Assembly (NCBI GenBank): GCA_965367815.1
Contig: CBDUKN010000005.1
Coordinates: forward strand, 64,001-128,000
DNA from: an uncultured Thermoprotei archaeon
GTDB taxonomy: Archaea > Thermoproteota > Thermoprotei > Thermofilales > B15-G2
DNA length: 64,000 nt
Direction of reading: 5' to 3'
A program made the translations under genes and the position numbers. Below are positions 29,949 to 40,141 of the stretch, piece by piece. The notes beneath the pieces are model-generated. The model did no database searches, was not told where the DNA came from, and worked only from the letters and a program-made list of their open reading frames with translations. Numbering within the stretch: position 1 is the stretch's first letter; the number at the start of each line of letters is the position of its first letter.

Positions 29949-30709
29949 TTAAATAACCACTTGTTTTCGGGCATATTAAGTTCTCTGGCGCTTGCTTTAT
30001 CTGAAGCCTTGTACTTAAGTCCCTTAATTACTGCGACCGGAATTCCTTCAGCACCGTTACCCATAACAAGTTCTGCTGCTGAAGCTATTTCGTCGGCTAT
30101 GGCTATTCTTTTTACTCGAAGAATATAGCCAAATAGATCTTCTGTGCCTCTATAATCTTTGAATACTTCAATGCCGGCGGCTCCTATAGCCATGTTTATG
30201 TGTCCCTCTCTTAGAGGTCTTCCATAAGTATCCGTAATTATTACTGCTACATTTTTCCCTGTAAGTTCTCTGATTCTTTTTCTTATTTTTCTCGCACTTT
30301 CATCTGGATTTTCCGGTAAAAGAGCAACTATTTCGGAAGTCCCGGCTACATTAGACTTATCTACTCCAGCATTAGCGCAAACTAATCCGTGCTTAGTTGT
30401 TACTATGAGATGTCCTCGAACAGCCTTAACGACTTTAATACTCTCTCTAAGTATTACTTCGACTAAACGAGGGTCTTTACCAGTTATTTCTGCTATTTTT
30501 AGGGCTTTTTCTGAAGGCACTATTTCGCTCAGCTTAACTACTCTGCCTTCGGCTTTAGAGACTATTTTACTCGAGACTACAATTATATCTCCGTCAGCTA
30601 TCTCAACGTTGTTCTTTTTTGCTGTCTCGACGATTAGTAAACCTAAGTCGTCGCCTTCACGCACTAAAGGGAAATTTTCTAGACCTATTATTTTAACTTC
30701 AATAGGCAT
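29945..30709 (-). CDS. cofE: Coenzyme F420-0:L-glutamate ligase
   Basis: KIVSKAEGR, ANAGVDKSN, LPENPDESA, DTYGRPLREG, ADEIASAA. Confidence 0.93.
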   Translation of the reverse strand: MPIEVKIIGLENFPLVREGDDLGLLIVETAKKNNVEIADGDIIVVSSKIVSKAEGRVVKLSEIVPSEKALKIAEITGKDPRLVEVILRESIKVVKAVRGHLIVTTKHGLVCANAGVDKSNVAGTSEIVALLPENPDESARKIRKRIRELTGKNVAVIITDTYGRPLREGHINMAIGAAGIEVFKDYRGTEDLFGYILRVKRIAIADEIASAAELVMGNGAEGIPVAVIKGLKYKASDKASARELNMPENKWLFK

Positions 30710-30825
30710 GTGTTACTTAATTCTAGCTCAGTATTTGTGATATTCGGTATACATATCCAAGCGAATACTTCTAATGCATAGGAGAAGTCAGATTTATGTG
30801 TCTGCACCCACTATAGCTATAGAGT

Positions 30826-31362
30826 ATGTCTACTGAAACTAAAAAGAAGAAGCTTGGAAGATTTCAAGTAATGGCGCTGCTTCAAGCAGCTCGCTTTTAT
30901 GTACTGACAGGAGACTTAAAGAAGGCCTACTCTTTTGGCTTAAATAGAGCTATTTTCTACGCTTGGGCAAAGTATTATGGGCGTTTTGCTCCGCGAAAAA
31001 GAGCCATAAAGAAGGGAGAAGAAGTAGTTACTGTGAAGGAGGGAGACAAGTACATGGCTTATGTAGGCAATGAGGGCGCGTTCATAACTAGGAACGGCTG
31101 GTTTATTATCGGAGATAAGGAACAGAGGCCTGAGGACTATGAAAGAGAGATAATAGCCAAAATAAATAGCGTAGTTCCCTACGAAGAAGCGTGGAAAGTC
31201 GCAGTAGAGTATGTAAAACAGTTCAGTAAAAGTGTTCTATTAGACCAGCAGAAATTCTATGAGAGAGTGTACAAGCCTGTGAGAGATAGTTTTCTAGAGC
31301 TTATGGAAAGATATAAGAAAGCTAAAAAGAGCACGCTTGAAGAGTTTTTCGGAGGAAGCTAA
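30826..31362 (+). CDS. Hypothetical protein
   Basis: Clean ORF, RFQVMALLQAAR...GLNRAIFYAWAK. Confidence 0.7.
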   Translation: MSTETKKKKLGRFQVMALLQAARFYVLTGDLKKAYSFGLNRAIFYAWAKYYGRFAPRKRAIKKGEEVVTVKEGDKYMAYVGNEGAFITRNGWFIIGDKEQRPEDYEREIIAKINSVVPYEEAWKVAVEYVKQFSKSVLLDQQKFYERVYKPVRDSFLELMERYKKAKKSTLEEFFGGS

Positions 31363-31424
31363 AGTAAAAGACATGGTAATTTACTTAGTAGAATTCTCAT
31401 GTAGCAAGGGAAGTTGGTGAAAAT

Positions 31425-32177
31425 ATGGAAGAGTGGACAAAAGACCTCTTAGAGTTTTGGTATACTCACGTAGGAGACCCCTTCGATATAACTAAGGATC
31501 TAGGTGTTCTTAGACTAGAGTTCCTTAAGCAACGTTTTAAACGCATACTCAATAAACTCAAAATAAGTTTAAATGAGGAGTCTAAAGTACTTTCAGTCTT
31601 AGCAGGAACAGGGGTAGATGCCTTTGCTTTAGCAGAAACCTACGGCTGTAGAGTAGTGTGCGTAGAGTATTTGCAGAGTCTCGCTGAAAAAGGCAAGAAG
31701 TATGCTAAAAAGAATAGACTTAGAGTAGAGTTTATTGTAGGAGACGCAAAAAAGCTAGTAAATTTAATAGATGAAAAAGACTTCGACTTAGCAATACTAT
31801 GGGGCAATTCTCTTCCCCACATCGACATATATAGCTTAGACAAGATCGCGTCTCAAGTAAACCAAGTACTGGCTGACTCTTCACCATTTTTGTTAGAGTA
31901 CTTTGAGTCTGTGTACAGCAGAGAATATAGATTTGTTACTGCAGAGTTCGACCAGTATCCTATGATAAGTATTCATTTAGACTTCAATCCAATGAAGGGA
32001 TGTGCTAATAGGCTGCTATTGTGCTTTAAGGAAAATGGTCTTTGTGAATACATCAAGTACCCCTATTTCACCTGGAGTCCCTGGATAGTAGAGTATGTAC
32101 TTAGAAAAACAGGCTTCGGCGAAGTCGTAACAATAATCGACGAAGGAGCTTATGTTACGGCTGGGTGGAAGACTTAA
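31425..32177 (+). CDS. Class I SAM-dependent methyltransferase
   Basis: VLSVLAGTG, GDA, FDL...GNSLPH. Confidence 0.85.
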   Translation: MEEWTKDLLEFWYTHVGDPFDITKDLGVLRLEFLKQRFKRILNKLKISLNEESKVLSVLAGTGVDAFALAETYGCRVVCVEYLQSLAEKGKKYAKKNRLRVEFIVGDAKKLVNLIDEKDFDLAILWGNSLPHIDIYSLDKIASQVNQVLADSSPFLLEYFESVYSREYRFVTAEFDQYPMISIHLDFNPMKGCANRLLLCFKENGLCEYIKYPYFTWSPWIVEYVLRKTGFGEVVTIIDEGAYVTAGWKT

Positions 32178-32212
32178 GATATATTTAAATAAAGTACTCG
32201 TTTTTCAATAAA

Positions 32213-33787
32213 GTGAGAGGCTTCGCTTTAGTTAACTGCACTGTTTATTCTCCTGAAGAAAAGTATGAGGCAGTAGCGGTACTCGGAAACAAAGTCCTCA
32301 AAGTGAGTTGCGAGAAAGAAATCCTTAGATTATCGAGAGCACTTAGCCTTAAAGTATATGACTTAAATGGAGCAGTTGTTTTACCAGGATTTATTGATGC
32401 GCATCTACATCTAGCTGGCCTGGGCTTTTCTTTAGCTCAGCTGGACTTAAGGAATGTGACTTCTATCGAGGAGCTTAAAAAGCTAGTTGCCAAAGAAGTC
32501 TCTAAAAAGCCTCCAGGGGCATGGATTCTTGGACGAGGGTGGGATCAAGAAAAATTTGCTGAGAAAAGATATCCTACGCGCTGGGATCTAGATGAAGTCG
32601 CTCCAAGAAATCCTGTCTTCTTGAAACGTGTATGCGGACACGTAGCTGTAACTAATTCACTTGCACTAAGAATAGCCGGAATATCTAAGAAGACTCCTAA
32701 TCCTCCAGGAGGAGTAATAGATAGAGATGAAGCCGGCGAGCCTACAGGAATTCTTAGAGAAGCAGCACTTGATTTCATCTACCGAGTTATAGTCCAGAAG
32801 CCTGAAGAATATGTAGATGCTGTCAAGAGAGCATCACTTAAGCTATTATCCGAGGGAGTAACCTGTGTAGCGGCTGTTTCATGTGACTTCAATGAACTAA
32901 AAGCACTGTTTCAGCTCAGTAGCAAAAGTGAACTCTTTCTCAAAGTAAGAGCTTACGTCAACTACTCTACTTTTGTTAAGCTAAAAGACATTGTTCCACC
33001 AGATATTTCACTGAAGCCAGTAAGTCTAGCTGGAGTCAAGCTACTTCTCGACGGCAGCTTAGGAGGAAGAACTGCGTTCCTCAGAGAACCCTATTCAGAC
33101 AATCCCTCAACACGCGGAGTACTATTGGTGAATAAAGCTAAGCTAGAAGAGATTCTAAGAGAAGTTTCTCGCTACAGATGGCAGCCAGCAGTTCATGTAA
33201 TAGGTGACGCTGCTCTCGAAGTATATTTAGATGTGTTAAAGAAAGTGAAGCTTCCTAGGCCCCGTGCCGAACATGCTTCGCTTACACCTCCTGACTTACT
33301 AGATTTAATGAGCGAGCTAAAAGTAACACCTGTTGTTCAGCCTCACTTTATTGTATCCGACTTCTGGGTTGTAGAGAGATTAGGTGATAGAGCAAAATAT
33401 ATCTATGCGTTTAAATCTATGCTTAAAAAGGGTCTGAAAATAGCTTTTTCAACAGATGCTCCCGTAGAGCCTTCAAATCCGCTACAGACAGTAGAGGCTG
33501 CTATAACCCGAGGACAAGGTGTCGTTAAATTATCTGAAATAACTCCACAAGAAAAACTAACAGTACAAGAAGCGCTGAATGCTTATACTGTTGGAAGTGC
33601 TTACGCGTGTAGAATAGAAAACTACTATGGAAAAATTAAAGAAGAATATTCAGCAGACTTAGTTATCTTAGACAAAGATCCACATAAAGTAAATACACGT
33701 GAAATTTCTTCAATAAAAGTGCTAGCAACTATTGTTGAAGGAAGAGTAGCTTACGGAACACTAGATTTAAAGAGGCTTGAGGAGTAG
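32213..33787 (+). CDS. Amidohydrolase-3 (YtcJ-like)
   Basis: PGFIDAHLH, DGSLGGRTA, HVIGD, EHAS, STDAP. Confidence 0.9.
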   Translation: MRGFALVNCTVYSPEEKYEAVAVLGNKVLKVSCEKEILRLSRALSLKVYDLNGAVVLPGFIDAHLHLAGLGFSLAQLDLRNVTSIEELKKLVAKEVSKKPPGAWILGRGWDQEKFAEKRYPTRWDLDEVAPRNPVFLKRVCGHVAVTNSLALRIAGISKKTPNPPGGVIDRDEAGEPTGILREAALDFIYRVIVQKPEEYVDAVKRASLKLLSEGVTCVAAVSCDFNELKALFQLSSKSELFLKVRAYVNYSTFVKLKDIVPPDISLKPVSLAGVKLLLDGSLGGRTAFLREPYSDNPSTRGVLLVNKAKLEEILREVSRYRWQPAVHVIGDAALEVYLDVLKKVKLPRPRAEHASLTPPDLLDLMSELKVTPVVQPHFIVSDFWVVERLGDRAKYIYAFKSMLKKGLKIAFSTDAPVEPSNPLQTVEAAITRGQGVVKLSEITPQEKLTVQEALNAYTVGSAYACRIENYYGKIKEEYSADLVILDKDPHKVNTREISSIKVLATIVEGRVAYGTLDLKRLEE

Positions 33788-34265
33788 CTGTACTGTGAGT
33801 ACTGTTTACTCTTCTATTATTTTAAAGAACATTGATATTCCTTCAACACTAGTATTAAGGAGAAGTACTTTGGATGAGCTCAAAAGTATTGTCGAGAAAG
33901 AGTATCCTTTAGAAATATGTGGAGTCTTAGCTGGTAAAATAGTCGACAAAAGGGCTTTTGTAGAAGAATATAAAATTCTCGAAAATATTTTAGAGTCTAG
34001 TACTAGATTTTGGTTTGATGAAAGAAAATGGATGGAAACTGTATGTGAATTTAAAAGAAAAGGATTAGAGTACATAGGTCTATTTCACAGCCACCCTGAT
34101 GGATCTGTGCTACCCTCACTGGCTGACCGCCACCGTATGATGGAGTGTCCCGGAGAAATATGGCTTATTCTAGCTTACTCACCTAAAAAAGGATTTGATA
34201 TATGCGCGTGGGTTATATCCGACTATATATCTTCATTTAGTAAGGTGAACTTAGTTATAACGTAA
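33777..34265 (+). CDS. JAMM/MPN+ metalloprotease
   Basis: EICG, HSHP...PSLAD. Confidence 0.88.
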   Translation: MRSSCTVSTVYSSIILKNIDIPSTLVLRRSTLDELKSIVEKEYPLEICGVLAGKIVDKRAFVEEYKILENILESSTRFWFDERKWMETVCEFKRKGLEYIGLFHSHPDGSVLPSLADRHRMMECPGEIWLILAYSPKKGFDICAWVISDYISSFSKVNLVIT

Positions 34266-34331
34266 AGCCTAAAACTTTTAAAATGTTTTCTCCAAAGAAG
34301 CGTTCTCTTTCTCTAAAATTTTTTATATCTC

Positions 34332-35057
34332 TTGAATAATCCAGTCAACGTGTATTTCATCGACGTACCACTGTCTCCGGTATTAAGCTTTCTCTCGTTT
34401 ACCCTACTGCTAGATCTCTATGTTTATGCACGGAGACTTCCTGCTGCAATATACACTATTTTGCCTCTCGGATTAATGTTCTTCTCTTTTGTATCATGCT
34501 TGTCTAGAGAATTAGACCACTTTCTCTCTTTTCTTTCCCTCATAGTAGTTTTACTAGCTCTTATTGCGGAGAACCCATTTGCTATTATTCCTACTACACA
34601 CTATCTATATTTTGCATTTATGTTATCCTTATTCAATATCTTAATCTTACCGTGTATGTTTTTAACAACACTTTTAAGTGAGATATATGCGCTAGTATTT
34701 TCTTATGTATACTTAGTAACAGTCATTCTATCAAATATTCTGGTGCTACTATTTTTATCAGCAGCAGTACACTTTGATAAACATATAAAGGTTACTAAAA
34801 GGCATTTATTCTTAGCAGCAATACTCGCTATAGTGACATATTCATTAGCTATCATCAAATTAGTGCTATACAGAGCATTTTTAATGCCATTAAGTTTCTA
34901 TGCATCACTGATAGCCTCTCTCTTTTCTTTTCCTATGTCCATTTTAAGTACAGCCTTTGCTTTATATCATATACCTCCTCTTGTACTGGATTTCTTAAAG
35001 CTTTTTTACAATATAACCTATAAGTTAGTATTCAGGCATGTTGCAAGACTAAGGTAA
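34332..35057 (+). CDS. Multi-pass membrane protein
   Basis: Hydrophobic ORF, TTG start uncertain. Confidence 0.55.
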   Translation: MNNPVNVYFIDVPLSPVLSFLSFTLLLDLYVYARRLPAAIYTILPLGLMFFSFVSCLSRELDHFLSFLSLIVVLLALIAENPFAIIPTTHYLYFAFMLSLFNILILPCMFLTTLLSEIYALVFSYVYLVTVILSNILVLLFLSAAVHFDKHIKVTKRHLFLAAILAIVTYSLAIIKLVLYRAFLMPLSFYASLIASLFSFPMSILSTAFALYHIPPLVLDFLKLFYNITYKLVFRHVARLR

Positions 35058-35472
35058 AAACAGCGTAAGACTTACTTCTGGTTCTTTCCTTTTTAGCCAC
35101 TACTTTACAGTTAAGTAATGTTTTAAAGTATCCTTCAAGAATGCCTTTAGCTAAGGCTTCTTCCATGCTGTTTGTTGCGCGGGAAGCTTTAATTTTTATT
35201 CCTTCGTCTGAAGAAATAAGAGAGAATCTAAATAGCCTTATTTTAGATAAATAAGGTAGAGTTTTTAAAGCATCTCCTATATTAAAGGTTTTTTCTGACT
35301 TTAATTTTTCTGCAAATTTTTCTCCTAGACATCTACCGAGGTACCATGCTACTATGTAGGCGTCTGCACCTATTTTTGCTTCCATTGATGACAATGCCTC
35401 TTTGAGTAACTTACATAAGTTAATTTTCATTTTCTTTGCACTTCCTGCTGCATTATTGCTAGTTATTCTCAC
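35032..35472 (-). CDS. Hypothetical protein, possible V4R/HNOX-like fold
   Basis: YLGRCLG...KGILEGYF pattern. Confidence 0.5.
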   Translation of the reverse strand: MRITSNNAAGSAKKMKINLCKLLKEALSSMEAKIGADAYIVAWYLGRCLGEKFAEKLKSEKTFNIGDALKTLPYLSKIRLFRFSLISSDEGIKIKASRATNSMEEALAKGILEGYFKTLLNCKVVAKKERTRSKSYAVFTLVLQHA

Positions 35473-35552
35473 TTTAATAGCTCTAATCTAGCCTAATATT
35501 TAAATCTGCGCACGAAGTTCTTTTAGTATTTTCTAAGTTTTGGGTTATTGTG

Positions 35553-35897
35553 CTAACTTTCATAAATATTGCTTTGGGATTTATGCATTGACCGAAAATA
35601 ATCTAGAAGAAGCTTTAGGGCGTCTTCTTTACTCATATCTTTTACTTCAATTATTTTTGTTTTCTTTTTACAGCCATATGTTATTTCTATTCTGTTTTGA
35701 GGAAAACCTATTTTTACTAGAAATCTTTTTAGCGCAGCATTTAGTCTTCCTGCCACATCTACCTCTGGAGTAGTGAATACGAGGTCCCCGCCCTCTAGCA
35801 GTAGTTTTTCTTCTTTTTCTTCGCTTTTAACAATTACTTTGAATCTTAAGCCCTGTTTTGTTTCTTCAATAAGCTTAATCAGTTCTCTTTCACTCAC
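35553..35897 (-). CDS. DUF167/YggU family protein
   Basis: GRLNAALKRFL...IEITYG.KKKTKIIEV. Confidence 0.7.
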   Translation of the reverse strand: MSERELIKLIEETKQGLRFKVIVKSEEKEEKLLLEGGDLVFTTPEVDVAGRLNAALKRFLVKIGFPQNRIEITYGCKKKTKIIEVKDMSKEDALKLLLDYFRSMHKSQSNIYES

Positions 35898-37839
35898 GAG
35901 TCTCGACCTCTAAAGCCTTTTCTTCTACTTTCTCGAATACTTCTGGTACAGGTACTGCTCTAGCCATTTCTCTTACGATATCCATTTTACATACTGTTCC
36001 GACGAGTTTCCCTTCTTCATCAAATACTGGTAGTCCGTCTACGCCTTCTTCGATCATTAATTCTATTGCCTTAGCTACACTGTCTTTAAGGAGTATTTTT
36101 GCTTTTACTGGTATACAGGCGTCCTGCGCTGTTAGCGGAAGAATCCTTATGTATCTGGCTATCTTTTTACCTGCCTTTATTAGTTTTCTAGTCCACATGA
36201 TTAAGACAGCTTTTCTTCCCTTAAGGTACTCCTCTATTGGAGTAAATACCAGTTTGCTCTCAGATATTACTCCTATAACATTATTTCCTTCAGCTACTGT
36301 GACTGCATCTAAGCCAAGTGATCTCATTTTTCTGAGCACGTGGAGAAGCGAGTGATGCGGATGCACAATGCTGTATTCTCTAGGCATAACAATGTTTTCT
36401 ACTAACGGAATATCTCTTGAGTGTTTAAGGTACGCTTTTACTAAATCGTCTTTAGTTACTAAACCGATAACGTTTCCTTGTTCGTCTTCTACAAATACTG
36501 CATCTACGTCGTTAGCTACCATTTGGTAAGCTATTTCTTCAAGAGTAGCGTCTTTTTTAACTCTGGGGATATCTTTTTCGACTATCTCTTCTACTAGTGC
36601 TGGTTTTTCTAAGAAAGTTATACCAAAGCGCGTTTTCATAACGGGTTCTGCGTAAGGCTTAGGTCTCTTCCAGTATCTGCCTCTTTCAGCAATGTAGTAT
36701 AGGATATCTCTTTTAGATACTATTCCTACAATGTTTCCCGTGTCGTCTACTACAATGCAGTGAGAGACTTTATACCTTAGTAGAGTTTTACGGCAGTGTT
36801 CTAAAGTGTCCTTAGTGTATACTACTGGTATGTCTGTTCTGATAATATCTTCAGCTGTTATTCCTGTTTTCTTGGGTGCAACTTTTCTAGGTACAGCTAC
36901 TAATTGAAGTAAGGTGCCTGTTGATTCTCTTACAATGCCTTCTGAGTAAGCTTCGATTGGTATTGGTGCAGGTACTGGAGTAACAGGAACTCTTTCTGGT
37001 TTCCTTCCTTCAATGTAGGCTCTGGCAATGTCTTCTATTGTTATAATGCCCACTAGCTTCTCGTTTTCATCTATTACTGGCAGAACACTTGTTCTAGTTT
37101 TGACCATGAAGTCGGCTACGACGCTTACAGGTGTATCGAGGGTGACTAGCGGTATACCTCTTCTCATAAGTTTGAAGGCTTTCATTACATAAGCTACTTT
37201 AGGTCCTCGAGACAGTATTTCTTGCTTTGCTTCTCTCTTAAAGAACCATCTACTTGTTTCAATAAAGTCTTCAGGAGTTATTATGCCCTGTATTTTGCCT
37301 TCAGAGCTCAAAACTACTGCGGCCTTAGCGCCGTAGCCTACAATACGCCACCAGATTCTATCTACTCTTTCTTTGCCGCTGCATACCATTACTTTCTCTT
37401 CTTCCTCTAAGCTAGTGTATACTTCGGCTACGCTTTTTGCACGAGGCTCTACTCCGCTTTCTTTAAGTTTCTCAACTATGTCGAAAAGAGAAACTGTGCC
37501 AACTACTTTGCGCTCAAAAGGAGATGTAACTACTAGTGCTTCTTCTAAGCCGAACTCAACCATTATTTTATAAGCTTCCTCAATAGACATTTCGGGTGTT
37601 AAAAGAGGGTGTTCGCGGACAACATCTCTAACCGTAATTCTAGATTTCTTAGTAGTTGCAATTAATACATCATGTAAAGTAATAAAACCTACGCAGTTGT
37701 CGCTAAACGGATCCCTATATACTGGGGCGACTTTAAGCATAAGTCTCCTAAACACACGTCTACAGTCTACAAGCCTCTCGCTCAGAAGAATACGTACGCC
37801 GAGAGGAACAACTATGTCTTTTATTTTCATGAAATCCAC
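35890..37839 (-). CDS. Multi-CBS (~8 domains) protein, Dri-like
   Basis: Repeated CBS cores (VGIITIEDI, VGIVSKRDI, IGLVTKDDL, VGTVCKMDI) in two lobes joined by a Pro-rich linker. Confidence 0.8.
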   Translation of the reverse strand: MDFMKIKDIVVPLGVRILLSERLVDCRRVFRRLMLKVAPVYRDPFSDNCVGFITLHDVLIATTKKSRITVRDVVREHPLLTPEMSIEEAYKIMVEFGLEEALVVTSPFERKVVGTVSLFDIVEKLKESGVEPRAKSVAEVYTSLEEEEKVMVCSGKERVDRIWWRIVGYGAKAAVVLSSEGKIQGIITPEDFIETSRWFFKREAKQEILSRGPKVAYVMKAFKLMRRGIPLVTLDTPVSVVADFMVKTRTSVLPVIDENEKLVGIITIEDIARAYIEGRKPERVPVTPVPAPIPIEAYSEGIVRESTGTLLQLVAVPRKVAPKKTGITAEDIIRTDIPVVYTKDTLEHCRKTLLRYKVSHCIVVDDTGNIVGIVSKRDILYYIAERGRYWKRPKPYAEPVMKTRFGITFLEKPALVEEIVEKDIPRVKKDATLEEIAYQMVANDVDAVFVEDEQGNVIGLVTKDDLVKAYLKHSRDIPLVENIVMPREYSIVHPHHSLLHVLRKMRSLGLDAVTVAEGNNVIGVISESKLVFTPIEEYLKGRKAVLIMWTRKLIKAGKKIARYIRILPLTAQDACIPVKAKILLKDSVAKAIELMIEEGVDGLPVFDEEGKLVGTVCKMDIVREMARAVPVPEVFEKVEEKALEVETRE

Positions 37840-37889
37840 CTTCTTTTGAAGAAGACTTGGAGAAATTTAAATTTTCTGTATACTTTCTC

Positions 37890-38381
37890 TCAGACGAATT
37901 TTAGCAAAGTTTTCTTATGTAAAATACCAGCGGGGCCTGGCTTAATGGATTCGACTTCAATGTTTACCCATACTTTCTCTGAGTGAAGATATACGGCGGC
38001 AGTGCCTTTAGTGCAAAGAGGAGTTCCTGTAAGAAGACCTTTCAGCATTTTTAGTTCTCTTAGCTTTAATTTCTTTCCTTCGGGCAGAACTAGTCGTAAT
38101 GAAATTTCTTCTGCTAAGCAGCTATTTGTTTTCTCGAGAATTACTGCGCTGCTTACGTACCCATCGAAGCCGAGTGATCTCCAAGTATCCTGTGAAACTA
38201 TAATCTCGTTTTCGCCGTCAAATGTTCCTCGAATCCAGCATGCAGTCTTTTTCTTACCTCTCAGCACTACTACTTCTCCTGTCTTAAGCTTGAGATGCTT
38301 AGCTAGATCTTTCGATACTTTAACGTACATTCCTGACCTTTTCTCTTTTCTTATTTTTCTGACTAGTGCTGCTTGATGCAT
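37890..38381 (-). CDS. Stand-alone Cdc48 N-terminal-like domain protein
   Basis: LKTGEVVVLRGKKKTA and VESIKP.G resemble CDC48_N/CDC48_2; no Walker motifs. Confidence 0.6.
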   Translation of the reverse strand: MHQAALVRKIRKEKRSGMYVKVSKDLAKHLKLKTGEVVVLRGKKKTACWIRGTFDGENEIIVSQDTWRSLGFDGYVSSAVILEKTNSCLAEEISLRLVLPEGKKLKLRELKMLKGLLTGTPLCTKGTAAVYLHSEKVWVNIEVESIKPGPAGILHKKTLLKFV

Positions 38382-38502
38382 AGTCTCACCTTAGCGGCGT
38401 TAGCTTCTGTAAAATCTCCAGAGACCCTTCAAATACCTATATATAAATTTTACTGATGGATTCCAAGCTACTTTCATATACTACCAGTAATACTTCTTTC
38501 TC

Positions 38503-38826
38503 GTGATAACAATAGAAGATTTCGCGAAAATAGATTTGAGAGTAGGTATTGTTAAGAAAGCGAAAAGAATACCTGGGTACACTAAGCTACTTAAGCTAGA
38601 AGTTGATATAGGGTCTGAAGTAAGAACTCTTATAGCAGGTATTGGTGAGAAGTATTCTCCTGAAGAATTAGTAGGGAAAAGAGTAATTGTAGTAGCTAAT
38701 CTCAAGCCCAAGAAAATAGCTGGAGTAGAGAGCCAGGGAATGATTTTAGCTGCAGTTGACGATAGAAACAATATTTTCTTAGTAACGGTAGAAGGAGAAG
38801 CTCCTCCAGGAGCTAAGGTAAGATAG
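38503..38826 (+). CDS. tRNA-binding OB-fold protein (Trbp111/CsaA/MetRS C-terminal type)
   Basis: DFAKIDLRVG, ANLKPKKIAGVESQGMILAA. Confidence 0.9.
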   Translation: MITIEDFAKIDLRVGIVKKAKRIPGYTKLLKLEVDIGSEVRTLIAGIGEKYSPEELVGKRVIVVANLKPKKIAGVESQGMILAAVDDRNNIFLVTVEGEAPPGAKVR

Positions 38827-38828
38827 AC

Positions 38829-39353
38829 ATGGAAATCGAAGTCAAATTTAAAGTGGATAACTTAGGGGACCTGGAAAATAGGTTAAAGGAGCTTGGAGCA
38901 GTATTTAAGGGAACTGAAATCGAGGAAGACATATACTATCAGCATCCTTGCCGAGATTTCAGGCTAACAGATGAAGCTTTGAGACTTAGACGTACACCTA
39001 AAGCCTATGAACTTACCTATAAAGGTCCGAGAGCTCCCGGAAAACTTAAAGCTAGAGAAGAGATAGTTGTTGAAGTAAAAGACTTCGTGAAAGCAGATAT
39101 TCTTCTAAGAAAACTCGGTTTCCGTAAAATAGCTGTTGTGAAGAAAACTAGGAGAAAATACATCTTAGGAAATAGAGAAATATGTTTAGATGAAGTAGAG
39201 GGTCTTGGAGAATTCATTGAAGTAGAGCTCCTTGTAGAGAAGTCTCTCAGCGAGGCTGAAAAAGAACTACTTGATTTCGCTAAGAAGCTAGGTATTAGCG
39301 GCGAACCTATTACTAAGTCGTATCTTGAACTTCTCTTAGAGAGGAGAACATGA
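38829..39353 (+). CDS. cyaB: CYTH domain protein (class IV adenylate cyclase-like)
   Basis: EIEVK, DEALRLR, TYKGP, DEVEGLGEFIEVE, SYLEL. Confidence 0.9.
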   Translation: MEIEVKFKVDNLGDLENRLKELGAVFKGTEIEEDIYYQHPCRDFRLTDEALRLRRTPKAYELTYKGPRAPGKLKAREEIVVEVKDFVKADILLRKLGFRKIAVVKKTRRKYILGNREICLDEVEGLGEFIEVELLVEKSLSEAEKELLDFAKKLGISGEPITKSYLELLLERRT

Positions 39354-40141
39354 AGGCTCTTATCGCGGGCTGGAGAGATCTCTCAACTGTAGATATTATA
39401 GGTGAGCCTTGTTTTACGGCATGGTTCTGTGGCTGTAACTTTAGATGCCCTTGGTGTCAAAACTGGCCTATTGTAGAGTGCCGTGACTGCCGCGAAGTAG
39501 AAGTCAGTTATATTGCTGAAAAAGCCTTGAAGTCAAAAATGCTTGTAGATTTTATTCACGTTACTGGAGGAGAGCCTACACTTCAGTACGAAGCTCTTTC
39601 AGAACTCTACCAGAGAGTAAAAGAGGGCGGCATGAAAACTAGCCTGGATACTAATGGTGCTAAGCCTGAGGTAGTTGAGAGACTTGTGCCGTTGCTAGAC
39701 CACTTGGCACTAGACATAAAAGCTCCTCTAACAAACGTAGAGAAGTACGCTCAAGCAATAGGTCTTCCTGTAGAGCTAGTTGAAAGAAACCATATAGTCG
39801 ATAAAGTTAAGAAGAGTCTTGAAATAGGTTTAAAACATTTAAGTAAAATTGAAATACGCTTTCCCGTAGTGCCCAAGATACACTCAGAGAGCGACGTCAT
39901 CGAAGCCTTGCTTCAAGTAGCCGAAATAGTTGATTCAGCAAAAGCCTGGAGTAAAGCAGTTTTCGTGCTGCAGCAGTATGTTCCTTCAGAAACAGTCCCC
40001 TCAGTTCTCTTTAGGAACGAGCCTATGACAGATCCCGAGCTCTTGAGGAAAATTGCTCATAGAGCTCTAAGGGAGATAGACAGCTTAAATAAAGTGTATA
40101 TTAGGACTATTGAGCGGGTCGAAAAAATAGAGAAATTTTAG
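39350..40141 (+). CDS. Radical SAM anaerobic RNR activase-like protein
   Basis: GCNFRCPWCQN, TGGEPT, DTNG, DIKAP. Confidence 0.85.
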   Translation: MKALIAGWRDLSTVDIIGEPCFTAWFCGCNFRCPWCQNWPIVECRDCREVEVSYIAEKALKSKMLVDFIHVTGGEPTLQYEALSELYQRVKEGGMKTSLDTNGAKPEVVERLVPLLDHLALDIKAPLTNVEKYAQAIGLPVELVERNHIVDKVKKSLEIGLKHLSKIEIRFPVVPKIHSESDVIEALLQVAEIVDSAKAWSKAVFVLQQYVPSETVPSVLFRNEPMTDPELLRKIAHRALREIDSLNKVYIRTIERVEKIEKF

